A program made the position numbers and the translations under genes. A stretch of DNA of 64,000 nucleotides from Armatimonadota bacterium (GTDB lineage Bacteria > Armatimonadota > HRBIN16): contig OY781964.1 of NCBI GenBank assembly GCA_963677485.1, forward strand, positions 4,416,001-4,480,000, in the 5' to 3' direction. Below, one piece after another: positions 19,879-30,582 of the stretch; within the stretch, counting starts at the first letter, position 1, and each line of letters opens with the position of its first letter. The notes below the pieces were generated by a model, which was given only the letters and a program-made list of their open reading frames with translations, was not told the DNA's origin and made no database searches.

Positions 19879-20757
19879 ATGATTCAGAGATTACCTGACT
19901 GGTTGAGGGTACGGGCTCCGCGCCCCGATGTGGCGCCGGATGTCCAGATCGCCGTGACCCAACGCGGTCTGCATACAGTCTGCGAAAGTGCCAGATGCCC
20001 TAATCTGAATGAGTGCTGGAGTAAACACACCGCTACATTCATGATATTAGGTGAGGTCTGCAGCCGTAACTGCCGTTATTGTGCGGTGGGAACCGGAAAA
20101 TGCGAAGCAGTGGACGACGATGAGCCGTATCAAGTAGCGGTTGCCGCCAGGGAGTTGCAGCTTAAACACGTGGTTGTGACCTCGGTCACACGCGATGATC
20201 TACCCGATGGTGGAGCAGAGCAATTCGCAAAAACTATCGCCGCTATTCGTGAGTTTAGCCCTCATTCGATTATTGAGGTTTTGACCCCTGATTTTCAGGG
20301 GAAATTCGACCAACTACGTATCGTGATGGACGCAAAGCCAGACATTTTTAACCATAACGTGGAAACTGTACCTGAGCTTTTCCATATCGCCAGGCCACAA
20401 GCACAGTATCACCGTTCCTTGTTGGTGCTGCAGGAAGCCAAACGACAGTATCCTCAGTGCTATACCAAAAGTGGTATGATGGTGGGTCTAGGTGAGACTG
20501 AAGCCCAGGTCATCCAAGTCATGAAGGATTTACGCGCTCATCAAGTCGACGCCATGACCATTGGTCAGTATATTCGCCCCACAACACAGCATCTTGAAGT
20601 GGCTGAGTATATTCATCCAGACCAGTTCGAAGCATACCAAAAACTAGGTGAAGAGTTAGGCTTCCTGTTTGTCGCCTCCGCACCGCTTGTCCGCAGCTCG
20701 TATAATGCAGCCGAGTTTTCGCGACGGTTATGGGCTGATCGTGCACAACCGGAGTAA
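19879..20757 (+). CDS. lipA: Lipoyl synthase
   Basis: TVCESARCPNLNECW, CSRNCRYC, VTRDDLPDGGA, FNHNVETV, VRSSY. Confidence 0.97.
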   Translation: MIQRLPDWLRVRAPRPDVAPDVQIAVTQRGLHTVCESARCPNLNECWSKHTATFMILGEVCSRNCRYCAVGTGKCEAVDDDEPYQVAVAARELQLKHVVVTSVTRDDLPDGGAEQFAKTIAAIREFSPHSIIEVLTPDFQGKFDQLRIVMDAKPDIFNHNVETVPELFHIARPQAQYHRSLLVLQEAKRQYPQCYTKSGMMVGLGETEAQVIQVMKDLRAHQVDAMTIGQYIRPTTQHLEVAEYIHPDQFEAYQKLGEELGFLFVASAPLVRSSYNAAEFSRRLWADRAQPE

Positions 20758-20763
20758 CTATTA

Positions 20764-23700
20764 ATGCGTGTATCTTGGCTGGCCAATCGATGGGGAGGGG
20801 TGATTTTCGCCCTCTGTCTGTTGAGCATACTGCCGCTGATCATCGCTATCATGACCCAATATGGATTGTGGTTTGACCGTGAAGCCCCGCCTGCTATCAT
20901 CAAATACGTACGTGACACGAAGGGTATAGATATCCGCGTGCGCGACGTTACCGTTGACTGGTTCATGGGGGGATTGACACTTCATGGTTTCGAGCTATAT
21001 GACAAACTGCCAAGACAACCACGGATCGCTTATGCTGATAAAGTAATGGTCCGTAGAATGTTTACAGACATCATATCTGTTAAAGTATTGCGGCCTAAAG
21101 TTGCACTTATTCAAGGGGCTGATGGTGTATGGAATATCAAGCGTGCATTGAAGTTCAAAAAGGGTAAGCCTAGCACAAAGGTCTTCAAAATCACAGTCGA
21201 AAAAGCCGATTTGTATTTAGAAATGCGTAAAAAGCGTGTGGTTCCCGCGGTATTAAATGTATTCAATGTTAATGCCAATATCTTAAACACATCTGGCGTC
21301 ACTACGTTCGGTGTCAGTTCTTCACAAGGTGCCTCTAAAATCAAGGCTCTGGGCAATATCGGTGAGCAAGGGGTAGTGGTCAACTATGCTGTGACTCACT
21401 GGCCGGCCGCCACATTCAAAGAATTCATCAGTTCCAAACTTATCGAATCACCGGATGCCATTTTAAGCACAGAAGGCCGTGTGTGGTTTCGAGAAGGGAA
21501 GTTTCAGGTTCAAGGTACAGGTGATGTCACTGCAGACAGTTTTCACCTTCGGCTGAACAACCATATGCAGTCCCTTGGGCCGATATCTGGAAGCGTCCAG
21601 TATGATAAGCAGCATGTGAATCTACAAGCTAAACACGCCATCGCTGGTGGCAGCGCTAACACATCGGTGAGCATTAGCTGGAGCCCCGTGCTGGTCGTGA
21701 CTGGGCATCTTGATGGACGCGGGATCATCGGATCCCGGCTATCAAATCAGTTGGGATTACCGGCAACCATCCCTCAGTTTGGGCGGACAGGCGGTCAGGT
21801 GCAGTTTTCGTTTGACCATCAAAGGGGGCTGGTATTATCCGGCCCGCTGGCTTTTGATGGGTTTAGCTGGATGGGGTATAGAGCGGCACAGGGAAAAGCA
21901 TACATCTCATACGAAAAGAATGTCATAAAGATCGCAGACGGTCAAATCGCTTTTAATAAGGCCAATGTCCGTCTTGACGGCATCATCCCGCTCAAGGCGG
22001 GGAATATGCATCTTTATGCTACCAGCCCAGATTTCAATCTGTCATCAGCACATCTACCACGGCAGAAGTCCGTGTTAACTGGCAAGGCTAAAGTCAGTGC
22101 TGATATCACAGGAACAGTCAGCAAACCAAAAGCAGAGCTGCGGATACAGGCCACTCAGGTAGCCTATCGTCGGATGGTCGCAAGACGAGTCAATATGATG
22201 GCTTATGTTGACAAAAATCAAGTCGATCTGCGTGCCTTGTGGATCAAAACACAGACAGGTCGTGTATGGGCATCTGGGGTATATAAGTATAAAGCCCGTG
22301 ACATAAACGCCAAATTCGGAGTGGAAGGCGTGCCTCTATCTGAAGCAATGAAGACCGCCAGTCTTCAGACAAACGTGAATGGCACAGCATTTTGTACAGG
22401 GCGTATCACAGGGAAAATCAGCAAACCGGCTATGAATGCCCGTTTGATGGTGCTGGATATCGGATATAAAGACTGGCACCTGGACATGCTGAGTGTACAT
22501 GCTAAGGTCGCTAATGGCGTCCTCACACTTACGCAAGGTTCTGGGCGTCGGACCATGGGCGTGGTCAGGTGGAGCGGAACAATCGGTGGGATCTATACAA
22601 AGTCTCCACAAGCCGATATGCAAGCCTATTTCAGCAACTGGGATATCTCCGAGCTGGCCGGAATGGCTGCACCTGAGAAGCCTGTTGAAAAACTGCCAGA
22701 CGGTTTGATCAAGGCTGAAGTGAAGATGATCGGCCCACTATTCAACCCATCTGTCACGATGAGGATGACATCGAATAACATTACATATGACGATGTCAAC
22801 CTCAGGGATGTGGTGCTGGATGGTGCGTATGGCGACAGGATGCTTCGAATATACCAGGTTTCCGGCAGGCTGCCCGATGGGGAGCTAAACGCGTCGGGTA
22901 TCGTTCGGGATGCTGGTGATTATTCTGTAGATGGTCAGTTTACGGGGCTTGCTCTACGTGTGCTGCGTCGGTATCTACCAAAACAGTTGCCGCAGGATAT
23001 CGCTGGATTAGCGAAAGCCGACTTCAAACTGGTTGCGAGAGACAATGGGCCCGAACTCACAGCCAATGTTGAACTCTCAAACATGAGTTGGGACGGTTTG
23101 CATATTGAGCTGTCAAAGGGAACTGTTAAAGCGACCAGCGGGCGTATACGTATTGAAAACCTGGGTGCAGACGCATACCGCGGGCGCGTTGAGGCTCCGC
23201 AAATTGAGTATGATATCCCCACAAAACACATACGTTCTGTCGTACAGATCCGTGATCTAGATGTGGCGGAGCTGAGTGATGCGATAGTGTCTGGGCAATG
23301 GATCAACCGTCAATGGCCGGAAGCCCGAAAGACGATCAATGAGATCCGTCCCTTGGCAGGCAAAGTCTCATTCACCACCAATGTAGACGGGGAACTCGGC
23401 AAGCTTGATGTTTATGCCTCACTCAAGGCGCGTGATGTCACGGTCAGGGGCGTCGATGGGCTAAATGCTGACGTCGGTTATCGGCTGCGAACCGATGGAT
23501 CTATGCAAGTGAAGCCCTTAAGTGTGACTGGCAAGGAAGTAAACCTCAGTGGTGACCTGCAAGCCACAGCAGGGGGGGATTTGTCTGGCCGCGTCACCCT
23601 TCAAGATTTCAATGTGAAACGGCTGCAGGTTGCCCTACCAGATACCACTAAGGTCGATGGTGTTGTGAATGCGGTGGCCGTGTTGGGAGGCACCTTCAAG

Positions 23701-25257
23701 TCGCCTTCCGGAACACTAGAATTCAACATCGACCAACCTTCCTGGGGTGGGATACGGCTAAAAAAGATCATCGCAGAGCCGATCAGTCTTGCGGGTGGCA
23801 GTGTAGAAATTCCTAATATCAACATACTGCTTGAAGGAGGTCAGGCCACACTAAGTGGGCACCTGACATTGGCCCCGAAGTCATTATCATGGACAGATAC
23901 CTCGACAGTTGATTTGAAACTGGTGGCAGCAAAACAACCGCTATCCTCGTTAACCAGCCTTTTCGAGATGCCAAAAAGTGTCGCGGCGAAGGGTGAGTGG
24001 CAAGCCAGTATTAGTGTTCTAGGAACATCCGCAAAGCCTCAACTAGCCGGAGGACTGACACTTTCTGACTGTTCGATTACGATGGATGATGGAAAACTGG
24101 GTTTACAGAAAATAGCCGCCAACCTCAGTCTCGATGGGCAGGAGATAAGACTTACCAATGCGACTGCTGAGCCTATCACAGGCAGTGGTTCTGTCAAACT
24201 GGAGGCTGTGGCAAGCGGGATTTTCGGTAAACAGCCTCAGATAGCATCAAAACTCACATTAGATAAGCTGGTGTTTGATCAGCGAAATCTATCAAAGCAG
24301 TTTAACGAACGAATTCGTGGTGAGTTCGATGGTGCTCTGGAGATGAAGGGTAGTGTTCGGCAGCCACATATCAGCGGCACGATCACATCAAATAAGTTTA
24401 TCCTGGCTCTTCCGAATGGGTTTGAGTTCGCTCAAAGCGGTTCAAAACCTGGATTTAACCCGTTCTTCGATAATGTTCAAGCCGTCATAGTCGATAATGC
24501 GGAGATCGATCTGAGCCGGTTCAAAGCCGTGGGTGGGGGGCGAATGAGCCTGAATGGTAAGCTGTCTGACCCGCAGTTGAGAGGCGATTTCCGGCTGCGC
24601 CAAGGCAGAATCATTTTGCCGACCACGGTATTTCGCATTGAGCCACCGGCCGTTATCACAATGGCCTACCCGGTACCGGGTGCCATGCCGTTTAACCTTG
24701 ATGTCAGTATGAGAGCCACCGCATCGGTCAGTGTCGCATCAAATGGTCAAAACCCATCGAGGCACACTGTGACCATGGTGTTGCAAGGCCCACTGGAAGA
24801 TGCCAGTCTGATGCACTCCAATTTCGAGGCGAGTCCATCGGATGTCAGCCAGTCCGATATCTATGATGCACTAGGTTTGGGCATGATCCGAAATGTGGTG
24901 GGTAGAGGCGGTGGAGATGCGCTTGGAAATGGGGTTGTGGACCTTTTAAGCTCACAATTTGTTCCTCAGTTGTTTAATCCGATAGAATCGGGTTTGGAGA
25001 GTACATTCCGGCTGGATGATGTCAGGATCGATTACCAGCGTGATTTACCGTTGTCAGTGATGCTGGTGAAACAGCTAGGTTCCAATTTCAGTCTCAGCTA
25101 TTGGCGTCAGTTTGAGAGCCATACCGACCGGTATGAGGTTAAACTAAGTTATGATCTACCGCGATGGCTGAAAATCTCGCCTCGATTGCGATTAACTGTA
25201 TCAACTAATGAAGAGAGTATCATTTCTTATGGGCTTGAAGGTTCCTTTAGATTTTGA
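20764..25257 (+). CDS. tamB: TamB/AsmA-like translocation and assembly protein
   Basis: 1497 aa, N-terminal TM anchor, repeated beta-taco GTxxxP motifs, C-terminal DUF490-like region ending SFRF; directly upstream of bamA. Confidence 0.8.
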   Translation: MRVSWLANRWGGVIFALCLLSILPLIIAIMTQYGLWFDREAPPAIIKYVRDTKGIDIRVRDVTVDWFMGGLTLHGFELYDKLPRQPRIAYADKVMVRRMFTDIISVKVLRPKVALIQGADGVWNIKRALKFKKGKPSTKVFKITVEKADLYLEMRKKRVVPAVLNVFNVNANILNTSGVTTFGVSSSQGASKIKALGNIGEQGVVVNYAVTHWPAATFKEFISSKLIESPDAILSTEGRVWFREGKFQVQGTGDVTADSFHLRLNNHMQSLGPISGSVQYDKQHVNLQAKHAIAGGSANTSVSISWSPVLVVTGHLDGRGIIGSRLSNQLGLPATIPQFGRTGGQVQFSFDHQRGLVLSGPLAFDGFSWMGYRAAQGKAYISYEKNVIKIADGQIAFNKANVRLDGIIPLKAGNMHLYATSPDFNLSSAHLPRQKSVLTGKAKVSADITGTVSKPKAELRIQATQVAYRRMVARRVNMMAYVDKNQVDLRALWIKTQTGRVWASGVYKYKARDINAKFGVEGVPLSEAMKTASLQTNVNGTAFCTGRITGKISKPAMNARLMVLDIGYKDWHLDMLSVHAKVANGVLTLTQGSGRRTMGVVRWSGTIGGIYTKSPQADMQAYFSNWDISELAGMAAPEKPVEKLPDGLIKAEVKMIGPLFNPSVTMRMTSNNITYDDVNLRDVVLDGAYGDRMLRIYQVSGRLPDGELNASGIVRDAGDYSVDGQFTGLALRVLRRYLPKQLPQDIAGLAKADFKLVARDNGPELTANVELSNMSWDGLHIELSKGTVKATSGRIRIENLGADAYRGRVEAPQIEYDIPTKHIRSVVQIRDLDVAELSDAIVSGQWINRQWPEARKTINEIRPLAGKVSFTTNVDGELGKLDVYASLKARDVTVRGVDGLNADVGYRLRTDGSMQVKPLSVTGKEVNLSGDLQATAGGDLSGRVTLQDFNVKRLQVALPDTTKVDGVVNAVAVLGGTFKSPSGTLEFNIDQPSWGGIRLKKIIAEPISLAGGSVEIPNINILLEGGQATLSGHLTLAPKSLSWTDTSTVDLKLVAAKQPLSSLTSLFEMPKSVAAKGEWQASISVLGTSAKPQLAGGLTLSDCSITMDDGKLGLQKIAANLSLDGQEIRLTNATAEPITGSGSVKLEAVASGIFGKQPQIASKLTLDKLVFDQRNLSKQFNERIRGEFDGALEMKGSVRQPHISGTITSNKFILALPNGFEFAQSGSKPGFNPFFDNVQAVIVDNAEIDLSRFKAVGGGRMSLNGKLSDPQLRGDFRLRQGRIILPTTVFRIEPPAVITMAYPVPGAMPFNLDVSMRATASVSVASNGQNPSRHTVTMVLQGPLEDASLMHSNFEASPSDVSQSDIYDALGLGMIRNVVGRGGGDALGNGVVDLLSSQFVPQLFNPIESGLESTFRLDDVRIDYQRDLPLSVMLVKQLGSNFSLSYWRQFESHTDRYEVKLSYDLPRWLKISPRLRLTVSTNEESIISYGLEGSFRF

Positions 25258-25308
25258 TGCTTTATACCTTTTGCAATAAATATACGACAGTGGAGGAACA
25301 TACCTGGA

Positions 25309-27075
25309 ATGAACGGTATCATTAAAAGAGTTGTGCCGTTACTGGCATTTCTGTGTGCCGCCGTACCGGCACTGGCAGAACCCGTCATCGGTGTCAGCGT
25401 GGTGGGTAACCAGAACGTCAACCTAGACGCCGTCAAGGCGCAGATTGGGCGTCTTGAGGGTTCGGAATATACCCCTGAAGCAGCCACTGCGGCAGTTGAG
25501 CAGATCAAAGCCATGGGGTTCTTCAGCTCTGTGGCATATGATCAGCAGCCGGTGCAGGGCGGGGTGCAGTTGATATTTAGAGTTGTCGAATATCCTAAAA
25601 TCAGCCAGATCACCGTTGTTGGTAATACCGTGTTTACGGCAAAAGAGATCACTGATGTATTGTTAACAAAAGTCGGCCTCGTCTTTAACCAACTCGACGC
25701 GGTCAAAGACTACCGCGGGTTGGAGCGCCGATATGAAGACAAAGGCGACATCGTGTTTGTCGAACCATTCAGCTTTGATACTACGGATGGTAGTAAGGTC
25801 ACCCTTCTGCTGAAAGAGGTTCGCGTAGAGGCTATTGAGATAGTCGGACTAAAGAAAACAAAACCTAATGTGTTGCTTCGTGAGATGCGCACAAAAGTAG
25901 GCGACATCTTCAATGCTCAGACCATGCAGCAGGATCTGAACAAAATCCATGCATTGCGGTTATTTTCGGAACTGAACTACAGTCGAGAAATAGGCTCTGA
26001 TCTTGATAAGTTAAAAGTAGTGATCAACGCGACAGAAGACAAAGTGGCTAGCTTCAACATTGGAGCAGGATATAACGCCACTAGCAAACTGTTTGGACTA
26101 CTCGAATACGAAGATCGCAACTTCCGCGGTCTTGGACATAAGCTGAACGGCCGCTATTTGTTTGGCGGTGGAGCCTCTAAGGATAGCATGGAAGCCTATT
26201 ACACCATCCCATGGATCACTAAGAAGGGCACCGAGTTGAGTGTTGGAGCCTGGGACAGTGCTTACAACAGGTTTGGCACCAGCCTCAATTCTGTGGGCAG
26301 CACAAGCACAGCAGACGGCTACTATGAGCGACGTCAGGGAGCCAGTGTAAGTGTGGCTACCCCAATGAGCCGATTTGATACCATGCGTTGGACTTTACGA
26401 TCACAGAGCACCAGCTCACACATAGATGCGACTAGTACCGCGACATTCCTGGTGCAAGACAGCAGCATTTACTCATTGAGCACAGAGTGGATCAGGGATA
26501 CGCGCGACTGGTCCTTTGAACCGGTAGGTGGAGGCCTTGATAGCGTCTTGCTTGAGGCCGCCGAGGGCAACCTGAAAGAAGGATATGGATTTACCGGCAG
26601 AGACATCGCCTATCAGCGCATCAAGTTGAATCTGCGCCGATATCATGCCCTTGGTAAAAGGCCGCCGATCGAAAAGACCGACATGCGGTCGGTGATCGCC
26701 ATGCGTCTACAAGCTGGATACACCAATGGACCGTTGCCGTTCTATGAGCAGTTCTTTGTTGGTGGTTCCGAGTCGATCCGTGGTTATGCCGAAGACCGAT
26801 TCTGGGGATCAGAGATGTTGATGGCGTCCCTCGAGTATAGGAAACCTGTAAGCAAGGCTCTTTCACTCGTTCTTTTCTCTGATGCTGGTGACGCATGGGG
26901 TGGGGACTGGCGGACTACTGGTTTCGCAGACTACGTTCAACATGATAAGTTCGAACCGACGGTCGGATATGGTGTAGGTGTGCGGTTCCAGCTGCCAATC
27001 GGAACCATGCGTATCGACATCGGCTTCGGTGATGAGGGTTCTCAGACGCACTTCAGCTTCGGTAACGTCTTCTAG
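25309..27075 (+). CDS. bamA: Omp85/BamA family outer membrane assembly factor (short, about 3 POTRA)
   Basis: Signal peptide, POTRA-like GN motifs, NFRGLG, VGGSESIRGY lid motif, C-terminal HFSFGNVF. Confidence 0.9.
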   Translation: MNGIIKRVVPLLAFLCAAVPALAEPVIGVSVVGNQNVNLDAVKAQIGRLEGSEYTPEAATAAVEQIKAMGFFSSVAYDQQPVQGGVQLIFRVVEYPKISQITVVGNTVFTAKEITDVLLTKVGLVFNQLDAVKDYRGLERRYEDKGDIVFVEPFSFDTTDGSKVTLLLKEVRVEAIEIVGLKKTKPNVLLREMRTKVGDIFNAQTMQQDLNKIHALRLFSELNYSREIGSDLDKLKVVINATEDKVASFNIGAGYNATSKLFGLLEYEDRNFRGLGHKLNGRYLFGGGASKDSMEAYYTIPWITKKGTELSVGAWDSAYNRFGTSLNSVGSTSTADGYYERRQGASVSVATPMSRFDTMRWTLRSQSTSSHIDATSTATFLVQDSSIYSLSTEWIRDTRDWSFEPVGGGLDSVLLEAAEGNLKEGYGFTGRDIAYQRIKLNLRRYHALGKRPPIEKTDMRSVIAMRLQAGYTNGPLPFYEQFFVGGSESIRGYAEDRFWGSEMLMASLEYRKPVSKALSLVLFSDAGDAWGGDWRTTGFADYVQHDKFEPTVGYGVGVRFQLPIGTMRIDIGFGDEGSQTHFSFGNVF

Positions 27076-27103
27076 AGTGATAACAAGGAGAGATACCAGA
27101 ATA

Positions 27104-27730
27104 ATGAATATTCGCTACCCGATCAGGTGCATAATCGCGCTGATAGCCGTGGGCATTTCTGCTGGCGCATATGCTCAGTCGTTTGGAGCAGTGGATTTGG
27201 CAAAAGTGAACGAGTCTTTGGTGAAAATCAAAGACATCGACTCTCAGATCAAAACCAAACATGGGCTGTATCAAAGCCAACTAGACTGGATGCAGGAGAA
27301 TCAGCTTCTGTCAGAAGCTGATTATAAAGAGTATCTCGTCATCAGTGCTACGGCGAAGCCTAATGATGCTCAAAAAACCAAGCTCACCGCGATGAAGGAT
27401 AAGGCAAAGCAACTGGCCTCTGAACTTAGTTTGCTGCGACAGAAAAATCCGCTCACCGATACTGAAAAATTGCGAATGAATGAGCTGACCAGCGTCGAGA
27501 AAATCAATAAGCAGTACATTCAGGATTACGGTCAGGAATCCAGCGAGAACCTTAAGCAGTTTCAAGATGGTCTTGAACGTCAGTTATGGCTTGATGTACG
27601 TGCAGCCGTGACCGATGTCGCCACCAGGAAGAAACTAAGCGTGGTTTTCACTATATCGCCAGACACAGTGCTGTATGCCAGTGATGATATCACAGATGAA
27701 GTGGTCAAACGGCTTGCCGCGAAAAAATAG
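27104..27730 (+). CDS. skp: OmpH/Skp periplasmic chaperone
   Basis: Signal peptide AYA, GAVDLAKV, coiled coil, VATRKKLSVV..VLY..DITDEVVKRL; AAGGAG SD. Confidence 0.85.
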   Translation: MNIRYPIRCIIALIAVGISAGAYAQSFGAVDLAKVNESLVKIKDIDSQIKTKHGLYQSQLDWMQENQLLSEADYKEYLVISATAKPNDAQKTKLTAMKDKAKQLASELSLLRQKNPLTDTEKLRMNELTSVEKINKQYIQDYGQESSENLKQFQDGLERQLWLDVRAAVTDVATRKKLSVVFTISPDTVLYASDDITDEVVKRLAAKK

Positions 27731-28712
27731 AGTCCTATGTATGGTGATCGCCGCCTTGGCGGTCACCATATGTGGATGTCAAAGGGCAAAGCAGTCATCC
27801 GATGTACCAGTGTATATCGATCTGCACAGTGTCATGTCGTTATATCGGCAGTATTCTCCCCCGGTGGCCACAGTCCGTTCCAGTCATGTCATGCCCTCAC
27901 GCACGCTAAAGTTCTCAAAACCCGCGATCGCAAGTCAAACGGCGGGTACGCTGACGCCCGTTGATGACAATACGACCATGGGATACGAAGCACAGATGCG
28001 TTTGGACCGGCTAGTAGCTCGATTACGCAAACTGGAAGATGGTAGCCTTACGGACGAAAAGAACCGGTTGTTACGGCTTTCTGACGAAGAGTATCTGCCG
28101 GAATCTGAAAGGCTGTTAAACCTGTATCGATCTCGGCTGCTCGACATCATCATGAACCATCGGTCAAGCCTGAATCAACTGAGTGTTGATGAAGCCGCAT
28201 ATGCCAGAGCTGTTCGTGACCGACTGGAATGGATCGATACCCTTCGTCCGATGCATCAGCAATCTGAAGACGAATTGGTGGCGGCTTTAGCGGCGTATGA
28301 GAATGATGCGACTCAGCAGGCAACTCGTACGCGCGAGGATATAGCACTGTTGAGTGTGAACCTGGGGCGTCAAGTCGACCAGGAGATGGAAAGGCTGAAG
28401 AAAGTCAGCGAGGGACGAATACAGTCGCAGAGTAAATATGCTATATCTACGCAGACTGACAATCCCTGGGATAGTGAGAAGGAGCCAGCTTCGTTTCCTG
28501 GAGGCCAGGTCACCCTGCAGATGGCCGCTGTCAGACAGCAAGATCCATATAGTCAGAAAGTGGATATGCAAGTCGGTATGCAAAGGGTGGTATTATATAG
28601 CGTTCGACAGTTAGCCAAACGACAGGGCTGGCAGGTTGTATGGGTGCCTGATGGGAAACGTAAAGACGTCACGCAGCAGGTTATTACGATGTTACAAGGT
28701 GGGTGGCAGTGA
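27696..28712 (+). CDS. Skp/OmpH-like elongated lipoprotein
   Basis: Lipobox ICGC, VYIDLHSV N-terminal strand, long helical region, C-terminal VRQLAKRQGWQVV...DVTQQVITML. Confidence 0.6.
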   Translation: MKWSNGLPRKNRVLCMVIAALAVTICGCQRAKQSSDVPVYIDLHSVMSLYRQYSPPVATVRSSHVMPSRTLKFSKPAIASQTAGTLTPVDDNTTMGYEAQMRLDRLVARLRKLEDGSLTDEKNRLLRLSDEEYLPESERLLNLYRSRLLDIIMNHRSSLNQLSVDEAAYARAVRDRLEWIDTLRPMHQQSEDELVAALAAYENDATQQATRTREDIALLSVNLGRQVDQEMERLKKVSEGRIQSQSKYAISTQTDNPWDSEKEPASFPGGQVTLQMAAVRQQDPYSQKVDMQVGMQRVVLYSVRQLAKRQGWQVVWVPDGKRKDVTQQVITMLQGGWQ

Positions 28713-29737
28713 ACAAGTCTTTTAAGCTTTCCGAGTTGGCTGTTCAACTTGGAGGCAGGGTGATCGGTCCAGATGTGGATATATCTGGTTTGTCTGCAAT
28801 CGAACTGGCTGTAGAGGGAGAGCTCTCATTCGCTGAGACAGCACGTTATCTGAAGCAGGCGCTAGAAAGCGCATGTTCCGCCGTCATGGTAGGTACGGAA
28901 CCAGTTGAACCAGTGTCAAAGTCATTACTGGTGGTTTCGCAGCCCAAACAGTCCTTCATCGAACTTCTCTCGATATTCAACACGCGACCTGATCATTTTC
29001 AGGGAATACATACCACCGCCTTTGTCGATCAGTCTGCTCAAGTTGGGCAGGATGTTTCCATTGGGGCCTATGTCTCCGTTGGTGCCGATGTGCAACTGGG
29101 TGATGGATGCGTGGTCTATGCCGGATCATATATTGGTCAAGGCAGCCGGCTAGGTGCAGGCTGTATCGTCTATCCTAATACAGTGATCATGGATGGGGTT
29201 ATTATAGATGACAGAGTGATCATTGGGCCGGGATGTGTGATAGGGGCTGATGGTTATGGATACCAGTTTAACGGCCGTGAGCATGTTCGAATTCCCCATA
29301 TAGGCTGCGTTCATATTGAGTCCGATGTCGAACTTGGAGCCAATGTCTGCGTTGATAGGGCAAAGACTGGAACCACTCGCATTGGGCAGGGTACGAAAAT
29401 TGATAACCAGGTTCATATCGCTCACAATGTTCAGATTGGCAAGATGTGTTTAATCGTGGCTCAAGTAGGCATCGCTGGCAGCAGTAAATTGGGCGATGGT
29501 GTTATACTAGCCGGACAGGTTGGAGTGAGTGATAATCTCACCATCGGATCAGGTGCGGTTGTTGGTGCCCGGTCAACAGTTTTGAAGGACCTGGAAGCGG
29601 GTGGACGCTATTTAGGTACACCGGCAATCAACCAGGCGGACGAAATGAAGCAGATTGTGACAGCCAAGCGGATGCCTCAGATACTGCAGCGTCTTCATGA
29701 TCTGGAAAAGAAGCTTGAAGAGTTGCAGCAGAGTTGA
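28709..29737 (+). CDS. lpxD: UDP-3-O-acylglucosamine N-acyltransferase
   Basis: Hexapeptide repeats, GADGYGY, KIDNQVHIAHNVQIG, AQVGIAGS. Confidence 0.96.
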   Translation: MNKSFKLSELAVQLGGRVIGPDVDISGLSAIELAVEGELSFAETARYLKQALESACSAVMVGTEPVEPVSKSLLVVSQPKQSFIELLSIFNTRPDHFQGIHTTAFVDQSAQVGQDVSIGAYVSVGADVQLGDGCVVYAGSYIGQGSRLGAGCIVYPNTVIMDGVIIDDRVIIGPGCVIGADGYGYQFNGREHVRIPHIGCVHIESDVELGANVCVDRAKTGTTRIGQGTKIDNQVHIAHNVQIGKMCLIVAQVGIAGSSKLGDGVILAGQVGVSDNLTIGSGAVVGARSTVLKDLEAGGRYLGTPAINQADEMKQIVTAKRMPQILQRLHDLEKKLEELQQS

Positions 29738-30561
29738 ATATCCAACCGCAACGCACCATCATTAAGTCTGTTTCTGCACAGGGGGTTGGTATTCATACCG
29801 GCCAAGACTGTGTGATCACGCTGGCACCAGCGGATGAAAACAGTGGGATCCGCTTCTACACCTCGACCGGTTCAGTACAAGCACTACCCCAGTATGTAGG
29901 CAGCACCACGCGTTGCACTACACTTGTCAATGGTGAAGTCTCTGTCAGCACTGTCGAGCATCTGATGAGTGCTGCCTGGGGGCTGGGCATCGATAATCTG
30001 CATGTGGATGTAAGTGGTTCTGAGTTGCCTATACTTGATGGGAGCGCGTTTTCATGGTGCGAACTGCTTGCAAATGCTGGAATAGCGGAGCAGCAATCGG
30101 CCAGAAAACAGTACATGCTGCAAGTTCCTGTTAAAATGCAACTTGGGGACAGTATGGCATGGGCATTTCCCTCAGACAAATATTCGATAGATCTGACAAC
30201 CTATTTCAAACATCCCATGGTTGGTCTCAACACGGCCCAAATAGATTGTGACCACCTGGCATACCAGACCGAAGTGGCATCTGCTCGTACTTTTGGTTTC
30301 ATAGAAGAGGTTGAACAGTTGCTGGCAGCCGGTCTAGCCCGTGGCGGCAGTCTTGATAACGCGCTAGTGATCTACCCCGATAAGTACAGCTCGCCTTTGC
30401 GTTACCCAGACGAGATACTGAGGCACAAGTTGCTTGATATGCTGGGCGATCTCTATCTTGCAGGGCACGTGCTTGCTCATGTGGTGGCGGTCTATCCCAG
30501 TCACAAACTGAATGCAGCGTTAGCACGCTTGATCCAAGAAAACTCAATAACGACAGAATAA
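29734..30561 (+). CDS. lpxC: UDP-3-O-acyl-GlcNAc deacetylase
   Basis: GVGIHTG, TVEHLMSA, ELPILDGSA, ARTFGF, RHKLLDMLGDL. Confidence 0.96.
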   Translation: MNIQPQRTIIKSVSAQGVGIHTGQDCVITLAPADENSGIRFYTSTGSVQALPQYVGSTTRCTTLVNGEVSVSTVEHLMSAAWGLGIDNLHVDVSGSELPILDGSAFSWCELLANAGIAEQQSARKQYMLQVPVKMQLGDSMAWAFPSDKYSIDLTTYFKHPMVGLNTAQIDCDHLAYQTEVASARTFGFIEEVEQLLAAGLARGGSLDNALVIYPDKYSSPLRYPDEILRHKLLDMLGDLYLAGHVLAHVVAVYPSHKLNAALARLIQENSITTE

Positions 30562-30582
30562 TTACTGGAGGATAACACCGTA

